Below, one piece after another: positions 10,341-21,530 of a stretch of DNA of 64,000 nt (position 1 is the first letter of the stretch; each line of letters opens with the position of its first letter). The notes below the pieces were generated by a model. It saw nothing but the letters and a program-made list of their open reading frames with translations. It was not told the DNA's origin and did not search any database. Where the stretch lies: assembly GCF_003334335.1 (NCBI RefSeq), contig NZ_QOWQ01000020.1, one strand, 5' to 3'. The translations under genes and the position numbers were made by a program. Source of the DNA: Escherichia coli. GTDB lineage: Bacteria; Pseudomonadota; Gammaproteobacteria; Enterobacterales; Enterobacteriaceae.

Positions 10341-10451
10341 AGATGCCGGATGCGGCGTAAACGCCCTATCCGGCCTACATGACGTTGCAATTTATTGAAT
10401 CTGAATGATTTTTTAGGCCAAATAAGGTGCGCAGCACCGCATCCGGCAACG
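10341..10451. repeat. BIME: two inverted REP units between yigE and uvrD
   Basis: gatgccggatgcggcgtaaacgccctatccggcctac and inverted taggccaaataaggtgcgcagcaccgcatccggcaacg, the latter abutting the uvrD stop. Confidence 0.8.
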
Positions 10452-12614
10452 TTACACCGACTCCAGCCGGGCGTATGCCGCCACCAGCCATTTAATACCC
10501 TGGCCCTGAAATGCCACCTGCAAACGGCTATGCTCACCGCTGCCTTCCATATTGACAATGGTGCCTTCACCAAACTTAGCGTGGCGTACGCGCTGGCCGA
10601 GCTTGTAGCCGCTGTCGTTCTCGACCATCGGCGTACCCATCCGCTGATGGCTGACCGGGCGGCTTACCGTGGCGCGCAGGCGCACCTCTTCCACACACTC
10701 TTCCGGCAGCTCGCCGATAAAGCGCGACGGGCGATGGTAAACCTCTTTACCATACAGACGGCGGGTTTCCGCGTAGGTCAGCGTCAGTTTCTGCATCGCG
10801 CGGGTTACGCCAACGTAGGCCAGACGGCGTTCTTCTTCCAGACGCCCGCCTTCATCCAGCGACATCTGGCTTGGGAACATGCCCTCTTCCATACCAACGA
10901 TAAACACCTGCGGGAACTCCAGGCCTTTCGCCGAGTGTAGCGTCATCAACTGCACCGCATCCTGCCAGGTATCCGCCTGCCCTTCACCTGCTTCCAGTGC
11001 CGCATGGGAGAGGAACGCCTGCAGCGGCATTAAATCTTCGTCTTCTTCGTTGTAGCTGAACTGGCGCGTTGCCGTCACCAGTTCCTCTAAGTTTTCGATA
11101 CGCGTCTGACCTTTTTCGCCCTTCTCCTGCTCATACATGGTACGCAGGCCGGAGTCTTTAATTACCCGGTCAGTCTGTACATGCAGCGGCATATCGGCAG
11201 TTTCCTGCGCTAAGGCGTCGATTAATTCCATAAATCGCTGCAAGGCGCTGGCAGCTCGCCCGGCGAGGGCTTTTTCCTGCAACAGCTCACGACATGCCTG
11301 CCAGAGTGTTAACTGGCGATCGCGCGATGTCTGACGTACCACGTCCAGCGTCCGGTCACCAATACCCCGCGTTGGCGTATTCACCACACGCTCAAAGGCC
11401 GCGTCGTCGTTGCGGTTGGCAATCAGGCGCAGATACGAGAGCGCATCTTTGATTTCCTGGCGTTCGAAGAAGCGCATCCCGCCGTAAATACGGTACGGCA
11501 TACTGGCCTGCAATAACGCCTCTTCGAGCACCCGCGACTGGGCGTTGCTGCGGTAGAGAATGGCGCACTCGGCAAGCGCTCCGCCGTTGTCCTGCCAGGT
11601 TTTGATGCGGTTAACCACAAAACGCGCTTCATCGAGTTCGTTAAAAGCGCAATAGAGGGAAATAGGCTCACCGTCCGCGCCATCGGTCCACAGTTTTTTA
11701 CCCAGACGCCCGTTATTGTTTTCAATCAGGGCGTTAGCGGCGCTCAGAATATTGCTGGTAGAGCGGTAGTTTTGCTCCAGACGAATAGTTTCGGCACCGG
11801 GGAAATCATTAAGGAAACGCTGAATATTCTCCACCTGCGCCCCGCGCCAGCCGTAGATTGACTGGTCGTCATCACCGACGATCATCACTTTGCCGGTGTC
11901 GCCCGCCAGCAGGCGGATCCACGCGTACTGAATGTTGTTGGTATCCTGGAATTCGTCCACCAGGATATTGGTAAAACGTTCGCGGTAGTGTTGCAGGATA
12001 TGCGGCTTGTTAAGCCACAACTCGTGAGCGCGCAGCAGCAGCTCGGCGAAGTCCACCAGGCCCGCGCGGTCACACGCTTCCTGATACGCCTGATACACCT
12101 TCTGCCAGGTCTGCTCCACCGGATTACCGTAGCTTTGAATATGATGCGGACGCAGGCCTTCATCTTTCTGGCTGTTGATGTACCACATTGCCTGCCGCGG
12201 CGGCCACTGCTTCTCGTCGAGGTTCATGGCTTTGATCAGACGCTTAAGCAGGCGTAGCTGGTCTTCACTGTCGAGGATCTGGAAATCCTGCGGCAGATTG
12301 GCGTCCATATGGTGCGCACGCAGCAAACGGTGCGCCAGCCCGTGGAAGGTGCCGACCCACATACCGCCCTGGCTCGTGCCCATCAGTTGCCCGATACGAT
12401 GACGCATCTCCGCCGCCGCTTTGTTGGTAAACGTCACCGCCATAATCGAGTATGGCGAGCAGTTTTCCACGCTCATCAACCAGGCGATACGATGCACCAG
12501 TACGCGCGTCTTACCACTGCCCGCGCCCGCCAGCACCAGAAGGTTGCTGCGTGGCGCGGCCACCGCTTCGCGCTGTTTGTCATTAAGGCTGTCGAGCAGG
12601 TAAGAAACGTCCAT
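10452..12614 (-). CDS. uvrD: DNA helicase II UvrD
   Basis: Track ORF 783 aa; known 720-aa protein starts MDVSYLLDSLNDKQREAV (ATG 12612-12614); GAGSGKT Walker A. Confidence 0.97.
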   Translation of the reverse strand: MDVSYLLDSLNDKQREAVAAPRSNLLVLAGAGSGKTRVLVHRIAWLMSVENCSPYSIMAVTFTNKAAAEMRHRIGQLMGTSQGGMWVGTFHGLAHRLLRAHHMDANLPQDFQILDSEDQLRLLKRLIKAMNLDEKQWPPRQAMWYINSQKDEGLRPHHIQSYGNPVEQTWQKVYQAYQEACDRAGLVDFAELLLRAHELWLNKPHILQHYRERFTNILVDEFQDTNNIQYAWIRLLAGDTGKVMIVGDDDQSIYGWRGAQVENIQRFLNDFPGAETIRLEQNYRSTSNILSAANALIENNNGRLGKKLWTDGADGEPISLYCAFNELDEARFVVNRIKTWQDNGGALAECAILYRSNAQSRVLEEALLQASMPYRIYGGMRFFERQEIKDALSYLRLIANRNDDAAFERVVNTPTRGIGDRTLDVVRQTSRDRQLTLWQACRELLQEKALAGRAASALQRFMELIDALAQETADMPLHVQTDRVIKDSGLRTMYEQEKGEKGQTRIENLEELVTATRQFSYNEEDEDLMPLQAFLSHAALEAGEGQADTWQDAVQLMTLHSAKGLEFPQVFIVGMEEGMFPSQMSLDEGGRLEEERRLAYVGVTRAMQKLTLTYAETRRLYGKEVYHRPSRFIGELPEECVEEVRLRATVSRPVSHQRMGTPMVENDSGYKLGQRVRHAKFGEGTIVNMEGSGEHSRLQVAFQGQGIKWLVAAYARLESV

Positions 12615-12672
12615 TGGCACCGCCGCGTAAAAATAGGTTGGGCGGAGAAGCGCAACGCCCTCCGCCAAAAAG

Positions 12673-12688
12673 CTGGGTATATATACAG
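12673..12688 (-). promoter_or_regulatory. LexA (SOS) box in uvrD promoter
   Basis: Minus strand CTGTATATATACCCAG fits CTGT-N8-ACAG, ~60 bp upstream of uvrD ATG. Confidence 0.75.
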
Positions 12689-12697
12689 ATTTGCTGA

Positions 12698-13414
12698 TTA
12701 TATCAGCGAGGTCAGAGATGCCAACCGGGAAATTTCCAGATGCGGCAGTAAACGGCTGTCCCAGGTTTGCATCAGATCGCCATTTTCCGGTCTGATCCAA
12801 CAAGCCTGCATTCCGCTGCGAATTGCCCCACCCACGTCAGTGGTGAGATCGTCCCCAACATGTAAGATCTCGCCGATCGGCACGTTGAGTTTTTCCGCAG
12901 CCAAAAAGTACATATCGCTGAACGGTTTTGAGCGCCCGTGCGGGCCAGCGCGCAGCACAAACTCAAAATAATCCCCCAAACCAAACAGCTCCGGCTGGGC
13001 GTTACCGTTGGTGATCGCCACCAGCGGCCATTTCTTCGCCAGCTGTTTTAAGGTGTCGTGAGTTTGCTGCGGGACGTCGATTCGGCTGCGCCATTTGGCA
13101 AAGTTGATCATTGCTGCGTGTGCGCCTGCACTGGCTTCTTCGGCACTCAGCCCGGCGTCGAGCATCGCTTGTTCAATCGAACGAAAACGCCAGCGCGTCA
13201 CGTCGTGATAAATCTCGGGTTCCGCTTCCCGTACCGCCTGGCGCAGGCGTTGCAGATCTTCATTCTGGAAGCTGCGCAGCGCCGGATGATAATTTTGCAC
13301 AAAGGTAAGCGCCTCTCGCTCGGTGCGCAAAATCACCGGACGGTTATCGTAAAGGGTATCATCCAGGTCAAAGGTGAGCGCCGAGATGCGCCCCAAAGGC
13401 CGGTAAAAACGCAT
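12698..13414 (-). CDS. yigB: HAD-family FMN/5-amino-6-ribitylamino-uracil phosphate phosphatase YigB
   Basis: 238-aa ORF, DxD motif (FDLDDTLYD); start overlaps xerC stop (TAATG). Confidence 0.93.
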
Positions 13415-14310
13415 TATTTCCCCCGTTTGGCGCGTGGATGCGCCGCATCGTACACCGAGGCAAGGTGTTGAAAATCAAGATGAGTATAGATTTGCGTGGT
13501 GGAGAGGTTGGCATGACCCAGCAGCTCCTGCACACCACGAAGATCGCCGCTCGACTCCAGCATATGCGTGGCGAACGAGTGACGTAATTTATGCGGATGA
13601 ACGTGATTATTCAGCCCTTGTTTTATGCCCCATTCGGCAAAGCGTTTCTGCACATTACGCGCGGAGATACGCTTGCCCAGTTTCGACAGAAAAAGCGCGT
13701 CGTCTTCGCTACCAAACAGGTCGCGCAAATCAAGCCAGTGCTCAATCCACGCCACAGCGTTGCGACCAATCGGCAGGCGGCGCTCTTTGCAGCCTTTCCC
13801 CATAACCCACACTTCACCAGACTCCAGGTCGAGGTGTTTAATATCCAGCCCCACCAGCTCAGAAAGACGCAGACCCGCGCCGTACATCACTTCCAGCATT
13901 GCACGGTCGCGTACAGCGAGGGGATCATTGATATCAATATCCAGCAGCCGATTCATATCGTCGACGTCGATGTTTTTCGGCAGATGACGCGGCGCTTTCG
14001 GTGCCGAAACACCTTTCGCCGGGTTAGCTTTGAGTTCGTTCTGGCTGACCAGCCAGTCAAAAAAGCTACGTAGCGCAGAAAGCCGTAACGCCAGACTTGC
14101 TGCTCCCAGCCCTTTACGGCGACTGCGTACAGCAAAATTGCGCACCATCGTCACATCACATTGCTGCCAGCTTTGCAGGCCGTTTTCGCTGGCAAAATTG
14201 ATGATCGCCTCAAGCTGACGCTGGTAGTTAAGCAGGGTTATCGGGCTAAGCTGGCGCTCCACGCTCAGATAACGTAGGTAGCGTTCTACATCGGTGTGTA
14301 AATCGGTCAT
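13414..14310 (-). CDS. xerC: site-specific tyrosine recombinase XerC (chromosome dimer resolution)
   Basis: 298-aa [36 protein letters not shown]; catalytic RHSFATHML...[15 protein letters not shown]. Confidence 0.96.
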
Positions 14311-15014
14311 ACGCGTTCAATCCAACGCTCCAGAAGCTCCGGCAACATCAGCGCAATTTCATGAAGTAACTGCGTTCCTTGCCCTTGTTGATAGTGACTG
14401 GCATCGCGACTGGTAAACAGCACGACACCCAAATCAGCATCGCTTCCCAGCATCGACATCGCCACCGATCCCACCGCTTTCGCTTCCGGTAGCACCACCA
14501 GCAGCTCTGGTCCGTTAAGCGGCCCAAGATAGTGCTGTTCCTGCCCCAAACGCTGAATACGCAGCGGTTCGAAAGACTGACGGCTTAATGCCAGATGAGT
14601 GTGGTTCGACGGCGCACCTAAGCGCCAGCGATCCGGAAACAGGCGCAGACTCGCACCTGCCAGGCCGAGATCGCGCGCCCAGCGGTGAAAGCGCATCAGC
14701 ATATCGTCGAGACTGCTGGCGGCGGTGAGACTGCGCTGCAGGTAGAGTAGGCGATAAAACAGGCCTTCGTTGGCGATAGCCTGTTCCATCAACAGCGCCA
14801 TGTTCTCTTCCAGAACATGAATATGATTACGTGCGCGGGCCATGTGCCACTCGACCAACGAAACGGTGCCGCGTACCGGATGCGGCACACGTATCGCTTC
14901 TACTGCGCGCGCATTACGGATAAAAAACTCAGGATTTTTAATCAGATAATCGACAACCGCCCGGTCATCAAGCTCCGTGAGTGTTTCCTGCAGTTCTTCC
15001 CCTGGTTGCTTCAT
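14307..15014 (-). CDS. yigA: DUF484-family protein YigA, function unknown
   Basis: 235-aa ORF; 4-nt overlaps with dapF and xerC. Confidence 0.92.
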
Positions 15015-15835
15015 AGATGAATAAATCCGTCGTAGACATGTACCGCCGGGCCAGTCATATATAACGGGTGACCCGGACCTTTCCAGGCGATATCAAGACG
15101 ACCGCCGGGGAGTTCCACGCGTACTTCTTCGGCCAGCAAACCTTGCTGAATCCCTACTGCAACCGCCGCACACGCGCCGCTGCCGCAGGCCTGGGTTTCT
15201 CCTGCCCCACGCTCATAAACGCGTAAACGAATATGCTCGCGCTTAACCACTTGCATAAAACCGATATTGGCGCGCTCCGGAAAACGCTCGTGGCTTTCCA
15301 GAACAGGACCAAGCGTTTCTACCGCCGCGGTATCGACATCATCGACCTGAATCACGCAATGCGGATTTCCCATCGACACCACGCCGCATAAGATTGTCTG
15401 CTCGGCGGCGCGCATAATATAGGTCTTTTCCGCTTTGTTAGCGCGAAACGGCACGGCGGAAGGTTCGAAGTTGGGTTCGCCCATATTTACGCGGACCAGA
15501 TCATCATCGGTGACGGTCAGAACCATCCGCCCGTTGGCGGTGCTGACGCGGATATCACGCTTATTGGTCAGTCCTTTCAGACGCACAAAACGGGCAAAGC
15601 AGCGCGCACCGTTGCCGCACTGCGCCACTTCACTGCCATCAGCATTGAAAATGCGATAGTGAAAATCCAGTTCAGGATCATACGGCGGCTCAACCACCAG
15701 CAGTTGGTCAAACCCTACCCCCAGGTGCCGATCAGCCAGGCGACGAATCAGCTCCGGTGAAAAAAAGACATTCTGCGTTACCGCGTCGACGACCATAAAA
15801 TCGTTGCCAAGGCCATGCATTTTCGAGAACTGCAT
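15011..15835 (-). CDS. dapF: diaminopimelate epimerase
   Basis: Track ORF 275 aa; known protein starts [17 protein letters not shown] (second Met). Confidence 0.95.
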
Positions 15836-15871
15836 CATTTACTCCAATCACGCGGGTACAGAAACTGACTT

Positions 15872-16075
15872 TTAGTAATTCACCTGGGATGGACCATCGC
15901 CAGTGGCGCGATCGTTTTTATCCGGCACCGTGGATTGCGTTTGCGTCTCTACCGGTTTGGTCGGCGGCGGTGCGTTTTTATCTGCAGGCGGGAAATAGAG
16001 CGGACCTTTCAGACCGCAGCCCGTCAGGCTGAAGAGAGTAAGTAATACAGTGAGTGCCTTAAACACGTTTTTCAT
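15872..16075 (-). CDS. lptM: small lipoprotein LptM (YifL)
   Basis: 67-aa ORF with lipobox MKNVFKALTVLLTLFSLTGC. Confidence 0.9.
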   Translation of the reverse strand: MKNVFKALTVLLTLFSLTGCGLKGPLYFPPADKNAPPPTKPVETQTQSTVPDKNDRATGDGPSQVNY

Positions 16076-16537
16076 TATGGATTGCCTGTAAAGTTCATCG
16101 CTTTCTGCTTTCTATCATCGCAGGAGAAGACGTAAAAGCAAGCGTTTAGCGACTCTTTATGAAGTCTGAAAAGTGAGGAAATGCTGCGAGTATAACGCTT
16201 ACTCGTGGGGATTTATGTTTTGCTGGTAGTTTCGTGATCGGCACCTCGCGCCAGGATGGCTTTATGCACTATCGCAATGTGGTTTGTTTGTTGTCTTTTT
16301 TAGTTCCGTCAGCGTGAGGATGCTCGCTCGGTAAACCTGATCATAATGTTTACCAGAAACAGGGAAAGACGTGGTGTAACTGCGCCCTAATGAAGAGACA
16401 AATCTTTCGCTACACAGAGACATCATTATTCCGGTGACGGATGAATCGTGCCGGAACGCAGCCGCAGAGGTGCAAACTTTGAAGCCCTGACCCCATGCCG
16501 CTATACTGCCGCCATCACTTAAAAACAGGATACAACA

Positions 16538-16858
16538 ATGAACGACAGTGAATTTCATCGCCTGGCTGATCAACTCTGGCTGACCATTGAAGAACGCCTG
16601 GACGACTGGGATGGCGACAGCGATATCGACTGCGAAATCAACGGCGGCGTACTGACCATTACCTTTGAGAATGGCAGCAAAATCATTATCAACCGCCAGG
16701 AGCCGCTGCACCAGGTATGGCTGGCAACCAAACAGGGCGGCTACCATTTTGACCTGAAAGGCGATGAGTGGATTTGTGATCGCAGCGGCGAAACCTTCTG
16801 GGATTTGCTGGAACAGGCGGCGACGCAGCAGGCGGGTGAAACAGTCAGTTTCCGCTAA
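16538..16858 (+). CDS. cyaY: frataxin homologue CyaY
   Basis: 106-aa [36 protein letters not shown]. Confidence 0.95.
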
Positions 16859-16897
16859 GATTGCATGCCGGATAAGCCTCGCTTTCCGGCACGTTCA

Positions 16898-19444
16898 TCA
16901 CGAAAAATATTGCTGTAATAGCGGCGTATCGTGATCCTGATTGGCAGGCGGCATGTTACCGATAGATTTTGTGCGGAACGGAATCACCTGTTCACGACCA
17001 TCAACCTTCACAATCTGATAGAACTGCGGCAGGTTGAAGTTGATGAAGCTTGAGCCGTAGGTAAAACGGTCATGCGATGACGAGTAGAAGCGACTGACGT
17101 CACGTACCAGCTCCTCTTTGCTGCCTTCGCAGTGGTGATATACCTCAACCCGGTTGCTTTCGTCGAGAATGTAGATATTAAAGCCATTCTCGTCTTGCGT
17201 TTCTTCGAAAAAGAACTGGATGATCCCTTCGCTGGCAAAGCCGTCCACCACCGCCGGTAATTTGACGTGATTGGTTTCAACCTGCACTGACAGGCCGTGC
17301 AGTTTGTTATGCGAAATCGCGCCATAAAACTCGATGGCGTTTTCCAGTTTCTGTACCGATACATTCAGGCGTTCGAAGAACAACCCCCAGGTTTGACCAG
17401 AAACGCGCAGCGCCTTGAAACGCCCGGTTTCCTGGCGGGTGCTGGAAAGACGCAATTCAATACACTCAGAAACCAGTTGCTGCACGCGAGTACGAATTAA
17501 GCCGCGCAGATGCTGGCTATAACAGAAGACTTCCACGCTATCTGGCGGTGCGGCGTCCTGATGCATTTTGCCGAGAATAGTTTTCAGGGCTTCGATCATC
17601 GATTGCTCGCCGTTGAAGTGCAGCGTACGCACTTCGTTCCACGAGTTGCGGTACAGCAGGTCAACGCTACCTACCAGGCAATTTTGATTCTCGCCAAAGC
17701 TGAAGACATCCAGCTTACGGAAATCGAAATGCACCACCTGATTGCGGAACGCCGCTGTCGGGTCATATTCCAGGTTAACGATAATCGCCAGATGGCGGAT
17801 CTCACACGGGCTGTAGAGCGCCTTCGGTGTCGGTGCAGGTAAGCGCAGCGGGAAATGGTGCGACACGTCGGCGACCATCTCCTGTAACTTAGGCAAATCG
17901 ACAATGCCGTTACCTTTAATATACAAACGGGTGCGCGAGGTCAGCAGGCCGTTAAACCATGCCCACGCCACCAGTTTATTCAGGTAACGGTTATATTCCA
18001 GCGGCTGATGGCTGATGATCGACTCAATATTTGGCGCGCGGTTATACAGATACCAACCTGAACGGTTAGCCCGGCCCGGCGGCACATAAATAAAGGTCAG
18101 ATTCGGTTCCGAGAGATCGGGTGAAATCTGCGGGTTTACCAGCGTCACTTTACCTGGTAATGCTTCAAACGCGGCATACAGCTTACGCGTCAGCACGCCG
18201 ATATCCTGCGGACTGGCGGAGACGCTAAGGTTATTGCGACGCGCAAAGCGGATCAGATTACGGTAGCTCTGCATCATCGCGTCGAGCAACTCGTTGTGCG
18301 CCTCACGCACCTGATCAATCTTCCAGTTAGCGCGGTTATCGAGCATTGCCAGACGAGCTTCGTCCCAACCCCACTCGCTCACTAACTGGCTCAACACTGC
18401 GCGACGCCAGCCTACGCAGGCGCGTTCACGGCTGAGCTTTTCGCACACTTTTAAATAGAAGCAGCGACGTACTAAATCCAGACGGGTAAAATCTTCAATC
18501 GCCGTCAGGTATTCAGTAACACGCTCCAGCATCATGCAGTATGGATCGAGACCAAACGATACAATCTCGCCGTCGTGCAAACGCTGTTTGATATCTTTCG
18601 CCAGCAGACGTGGGTTCGGGTATTCCCAGGAATAGGCTTCCAGCAGCAGTGTTTTCAGTACCGCTTTGTATGGGGAATCGATACTCTTGTAGAGCTGCCA
18701 AAGGCTGGCACCAAAGTACTCTTCAGCAGAAAGCGAGCTTAAGCCACCGAGATCCAGCCATTCATTTGGCGTCAGCACGCCCTGCGCGTAAAGCGTCATC
18801 ACATAGTCGTCGTAATGCTCTTCTTCGTCGCACGGCACCATATTCCACAGAATACGCTTACCGGCGAGACGCACGGCGGTACGATAAAATTCGTCAAGCA
18901 GCAGTATATGCTGGGTGGAGCCACAATCTTCGCCCCCCAGGCTGCCGCTTTCATTATGACGGAAGCGGTTTTCATCAATCAGGAAGAAGCTGACTTCCAC
19001 ACCCAGCGAGGCGGCCCAGTTTTCCAGCAGGCTACATTTACGTTGTAGCAATTGGCGCTCTTCGCTATCGAGCCAGGATTGATGACAGACCCAGATATCC
19101 AGGTCAGAGGAACAACTTTGCCCTACGGACGAGGTGCTGCCCATGGTGTATACACCAGTAATTGGAAGCTCACCTTTCGGCGGATCCTGTACTGACATTC
19201 CACGATACAGTTCAAGCTCGTTCAGGTAGTGGCGTTGAGTTTCATCAGGCGTGTAAAGGCAAATGCCTTTGGGAACGTTACCATCAAGGTAACCCGGCAT
19301 TAGCGGATGGTGATAGTGCAACAATGTCGGCAGTAGACTGTAGACCTGTTGGAATGCAGGCCCCATAGCAGCAAGCGCGCGATCCACACGCAATTGATTT
19401 ATGGCATCCAGTCTCTGTTTCAGAGTCTCAATATAGAGGTACAA
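16898..19444 (-). CDS. cyaA: class I adenylate cyclase
   Basis: 848-aa ORF (M)[17 protein letters not shown]; start codon is TTG (revcomp of caa at 19442-19444). Confidence 0.97.
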   Translation of the reverse strand: MYLYIETLKQRLDAINQLRVDRALAAMGPAFQQVYSLLPTLLHYHHPLMPGYLDGNVPKGICLYTPDETQRHYLNELELYRGMSVQDPPKGELPITGVYTMGSTSSVGQSCSSDLDIWVCHQSWLDSEERQLLQRKCSLLENWAASLGVEVSFFLIDENRFRHNESGSLGGEDCGSTQHILLLDEFYRTAVRLAGKRILWNMVPCDEEEHYDDYVMTLYAQGVLTPNEWLDLGGLSSLSAEEYFGASLWQLYKSIDSPYKAVLKTLLLEAYSWEYPNPRLLAKDIKQRLHDGEIVSFGLDPYCMMLERVTEYLTAIEDFTRLDLVRRCFYLKVCEKLSRERACVGWRRAVLSQLVSEWGWDEARLAMLDNRANWKIDQVREAHNELLDAMMQSYRNLIRFARRNNLSVSASPQDIGVLTRKLYAAFEALPGKVTLVNPQISPDLSEPNLTFIYVPPGRANRSGWYLYNRAPNIESIISHQPLEYNRYLNKLVAWAWFNGLLTSRTRLYIKGNGIVDLPKLQEMVADVSHHFPLRLPAPTPKALYSPCEIRHLAIIVNLEYDPTAAFRNQVVHFDFRKLDVFSFGENQNCLVGSVDLLYRNSWNEVRTLHFNGEQSMIEALKTILGKMHQDAAPPDSVEVFCYSQHLRGLIRTRVQQLVSECIELRLSSTRQETGRFKALRVSGQTWGLFFERLNVSVQKLENAIEFYGAISHNKLHGLSVQVETNHVKLPAVVDGFASEGIIQFFFEETQDENGFNIYILDESNRVEVYHHCEGSKEELVRDVSRFYSSSHDRFTYGSSFINFNLPQFYQIVKVDGREQVIPFRTKSIGNMPPANQDHDTPLLQQYFS

Positions 19445-19830
19445 GACGTATCGCCTGATTTGCTACCCGTCATGACTGTGATTCCGCCAACATCAACGGT
19501 AACACGCGGCATTCGGGATATTTCGTATGTCAAAGGTAACCGTTACCACTTTTCGCGCCTGGTTTTTTTAGTTTCACGACGAAAAAATGGTCTAAAACGT
19601 GATCAATTTAACACCTTGCTGATTGACCGTAAAGAAAGATGCGCTACATACAAGTGTAGCACCGTTTATTCTCTGTAAATTCCTTATTACAACGGCGTGA
19701 AACGCCTGTCAGGATCCACTGCCAGACCTCATTTTACGGTTTGCGCAGGCGTCTACGTTTCACCACAACACTGACATCACTCTGGCAAGGATGTTAGGAT
19801 GGACCACGGATGATAATGACGGTAACAAGC

Positions 19831-20772
19831 ATGTTAGACAATGTTTTAAGAATTGCCACACGCCAAAGCCCACTTGCACTCTGGCAGGCACACTATGTCA
19901 AAGACAAGTTGATGGCGAGCCATCCGGGCCTGGTCGTTGAACTGGTACCGATGGTGACGCGCGGCGATGTGATTCTTGATACGCCGCTGGCGAAAGTAGG
20001 CGGAAAAGGCTTATTTGTAAAAGAGCTGGAAGTCGCGCTCCTCGAAAATCGCGCCGATATCGCCGTACACTCAATGAAAGATGTGCCGGTTGAATTCCCG
20101 CAAGGTCTGGGACTGGTCACTATTTGTGAGCGTGAAGATCCTCGCGATGCCTTTGTGTCCAATAACTATGACAGTCTGGATGCGTTACCGGCAGGCAGTA
20201 TCGTCGGGACGTCCAGTTTACGTCGCCAGTGCCAACTGGCTGAACGCCGTCCGGATCTGATTATCCGCTCCCTGCGCGGCAACGTCGGCACTCGCCTGAG
20301 CAAACTGGATAACGGCGAATACGATGCCATCATTCTTGCCGTAGCCGGACTAAAACGTTTAGGTCTGGAGTCACGTATTCGCGCCGCGTTGCCACCCGAG
20401 ATTTCTCTTCCGGCGGTAGGACAAGGTGCGGTGGGTATTGAATGCCGCCTTGATGATTCACGCACTCGCGAGCTGCTTGCCGCGCTGAATCACCACGAAA
20501 CTGCACTGCGCGTTACCGCAGAACGCGCCATGAATACCCGTCTCGAAGGCGGATGTCAGGTGCCAATTGGTAGCTACGCCGAGCTTATTGATGGCGAAAT
20601 CTGGCTGCGTGCGCTGGTCGGCGCGCCGGACGGTTCGCAGATTATTCGCGGTGAACGCCGCGGTGCGCCGCAAGATGCCGAACAAATGGGGATTTCGCTG
20701 GCAGAAGAGCTACTGAATAACGGCGCGCGCGAGATCCTCGCTGAAGTCTATAACGGAGACGCCCCGGCATGA
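19831..20772 (+). CDS. hemC: hydroxymethylbilane synthase (porphobilinogen deaminase)
   Basis: Track ORF from 19810; start set at ATG 19831 ([20 protein letters not shown]). Confidence 0.94.
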
Positions 20773-21509
20773 GTATCCTTGTCACCCGCCCGTCTCCCGC
20801 TGGAGAAGAGTTAGTGAGCCGTCTGCGCACACTGGGGCAGGTGGCCTGGCATTTTCCGCTGATTGAGTTTTCTCCGGGTCAACAATTACCGCAACTTGCT
20901 GATCAACTGGCAGCGCTGGGGGAGAGCGATCTGTTGTTTGCCCTCTCGCAACACGCGGTTGCTTTTGCCCAATCACAGCTGCATCAGCAAGATCGTAAAT
21001 GGCCCCGACTACCTGATTATTTCGCCATTGGACGCACCACCGCACTGGCACTACATACCGTAAGCGGACAGAAGATTCTCTACCCGCAGGATCGGGAAAT
21101 CAGCGAAGTCTTGCTACAATTACCTGAATTACAAAATATTGCGGGCAAACGTGCGCTGATATTACGTGGCAATGGTGGTCGTGAGCTAATTGGGGATACC
21201 CTGACGGCGCGCGGTGCTGAGGTCACTTTTTGTGAATGTTATCAACGATGCGCAATCCATTACGATGGTGCAGAAGAAGCGATGCGCTGGCAAGCCCGCG
21301 AGGTGACGATGGTCGTTGTTACCAGCGGTGAAATGTTGCAGCAACTCTGGTCGCTGATCCCACAATGGTATCGTGAGCACTGGTTACTACACTGTCGACT
21401 ATTGGTCGTCAGTGAGCGTTTGGCGAAACTCGCCCGGGAACTGGGCTGGCAAGACATTAAGGTCGCCGATAACGCTGACAACGATGCGCTTTTACGGGCA
21501 TTACAATAA
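20769..21509 (+). CDS. hemD: uroporphyrinogen-III synthase
   Basis: 246-aa ORF overlapping hemC stop (ATGA). Confidence 0.95.
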   Translation: MSILVTRPSPAGEELVSRLRTLGQVAWHFPLIEFSPGQQLPQLADQLAALGESDLLFALSQHAVAFAQSQLHQQDRKWPRLPDYFAIGRTTALALHTVSGQKILYPQDREISEVLLQLPELQNIAGKRALILRGNGGRELIGDTLTARGAEVTFCECYQRCAIHYDGAEEAMRWQAREVTMVVVTSGEMLQQLWSLIPQWYREHWLLHCRLLVVSERLAKLARELGWQDIKVADNADNDALLRALQ

Positions 21510-21530
21510 CTCTCATAACAGGAAGCCATA

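Noticed and set aside
12309-12971. 220-aa plus-strand ORF
   Set aside because: Antisense to uvrD and yigB; a long open antisense frame of the kind common opposite highly expressed genes.
16262-16747. 161-aa minus-strand ORF spanning the lptM-cyaY spacer and the cyaY 5' half
   Set aside because: Overlaps cyaY in antisense and starts in non-coding spacer; cysteine/arginine-rich translation typical of a spurious frame.
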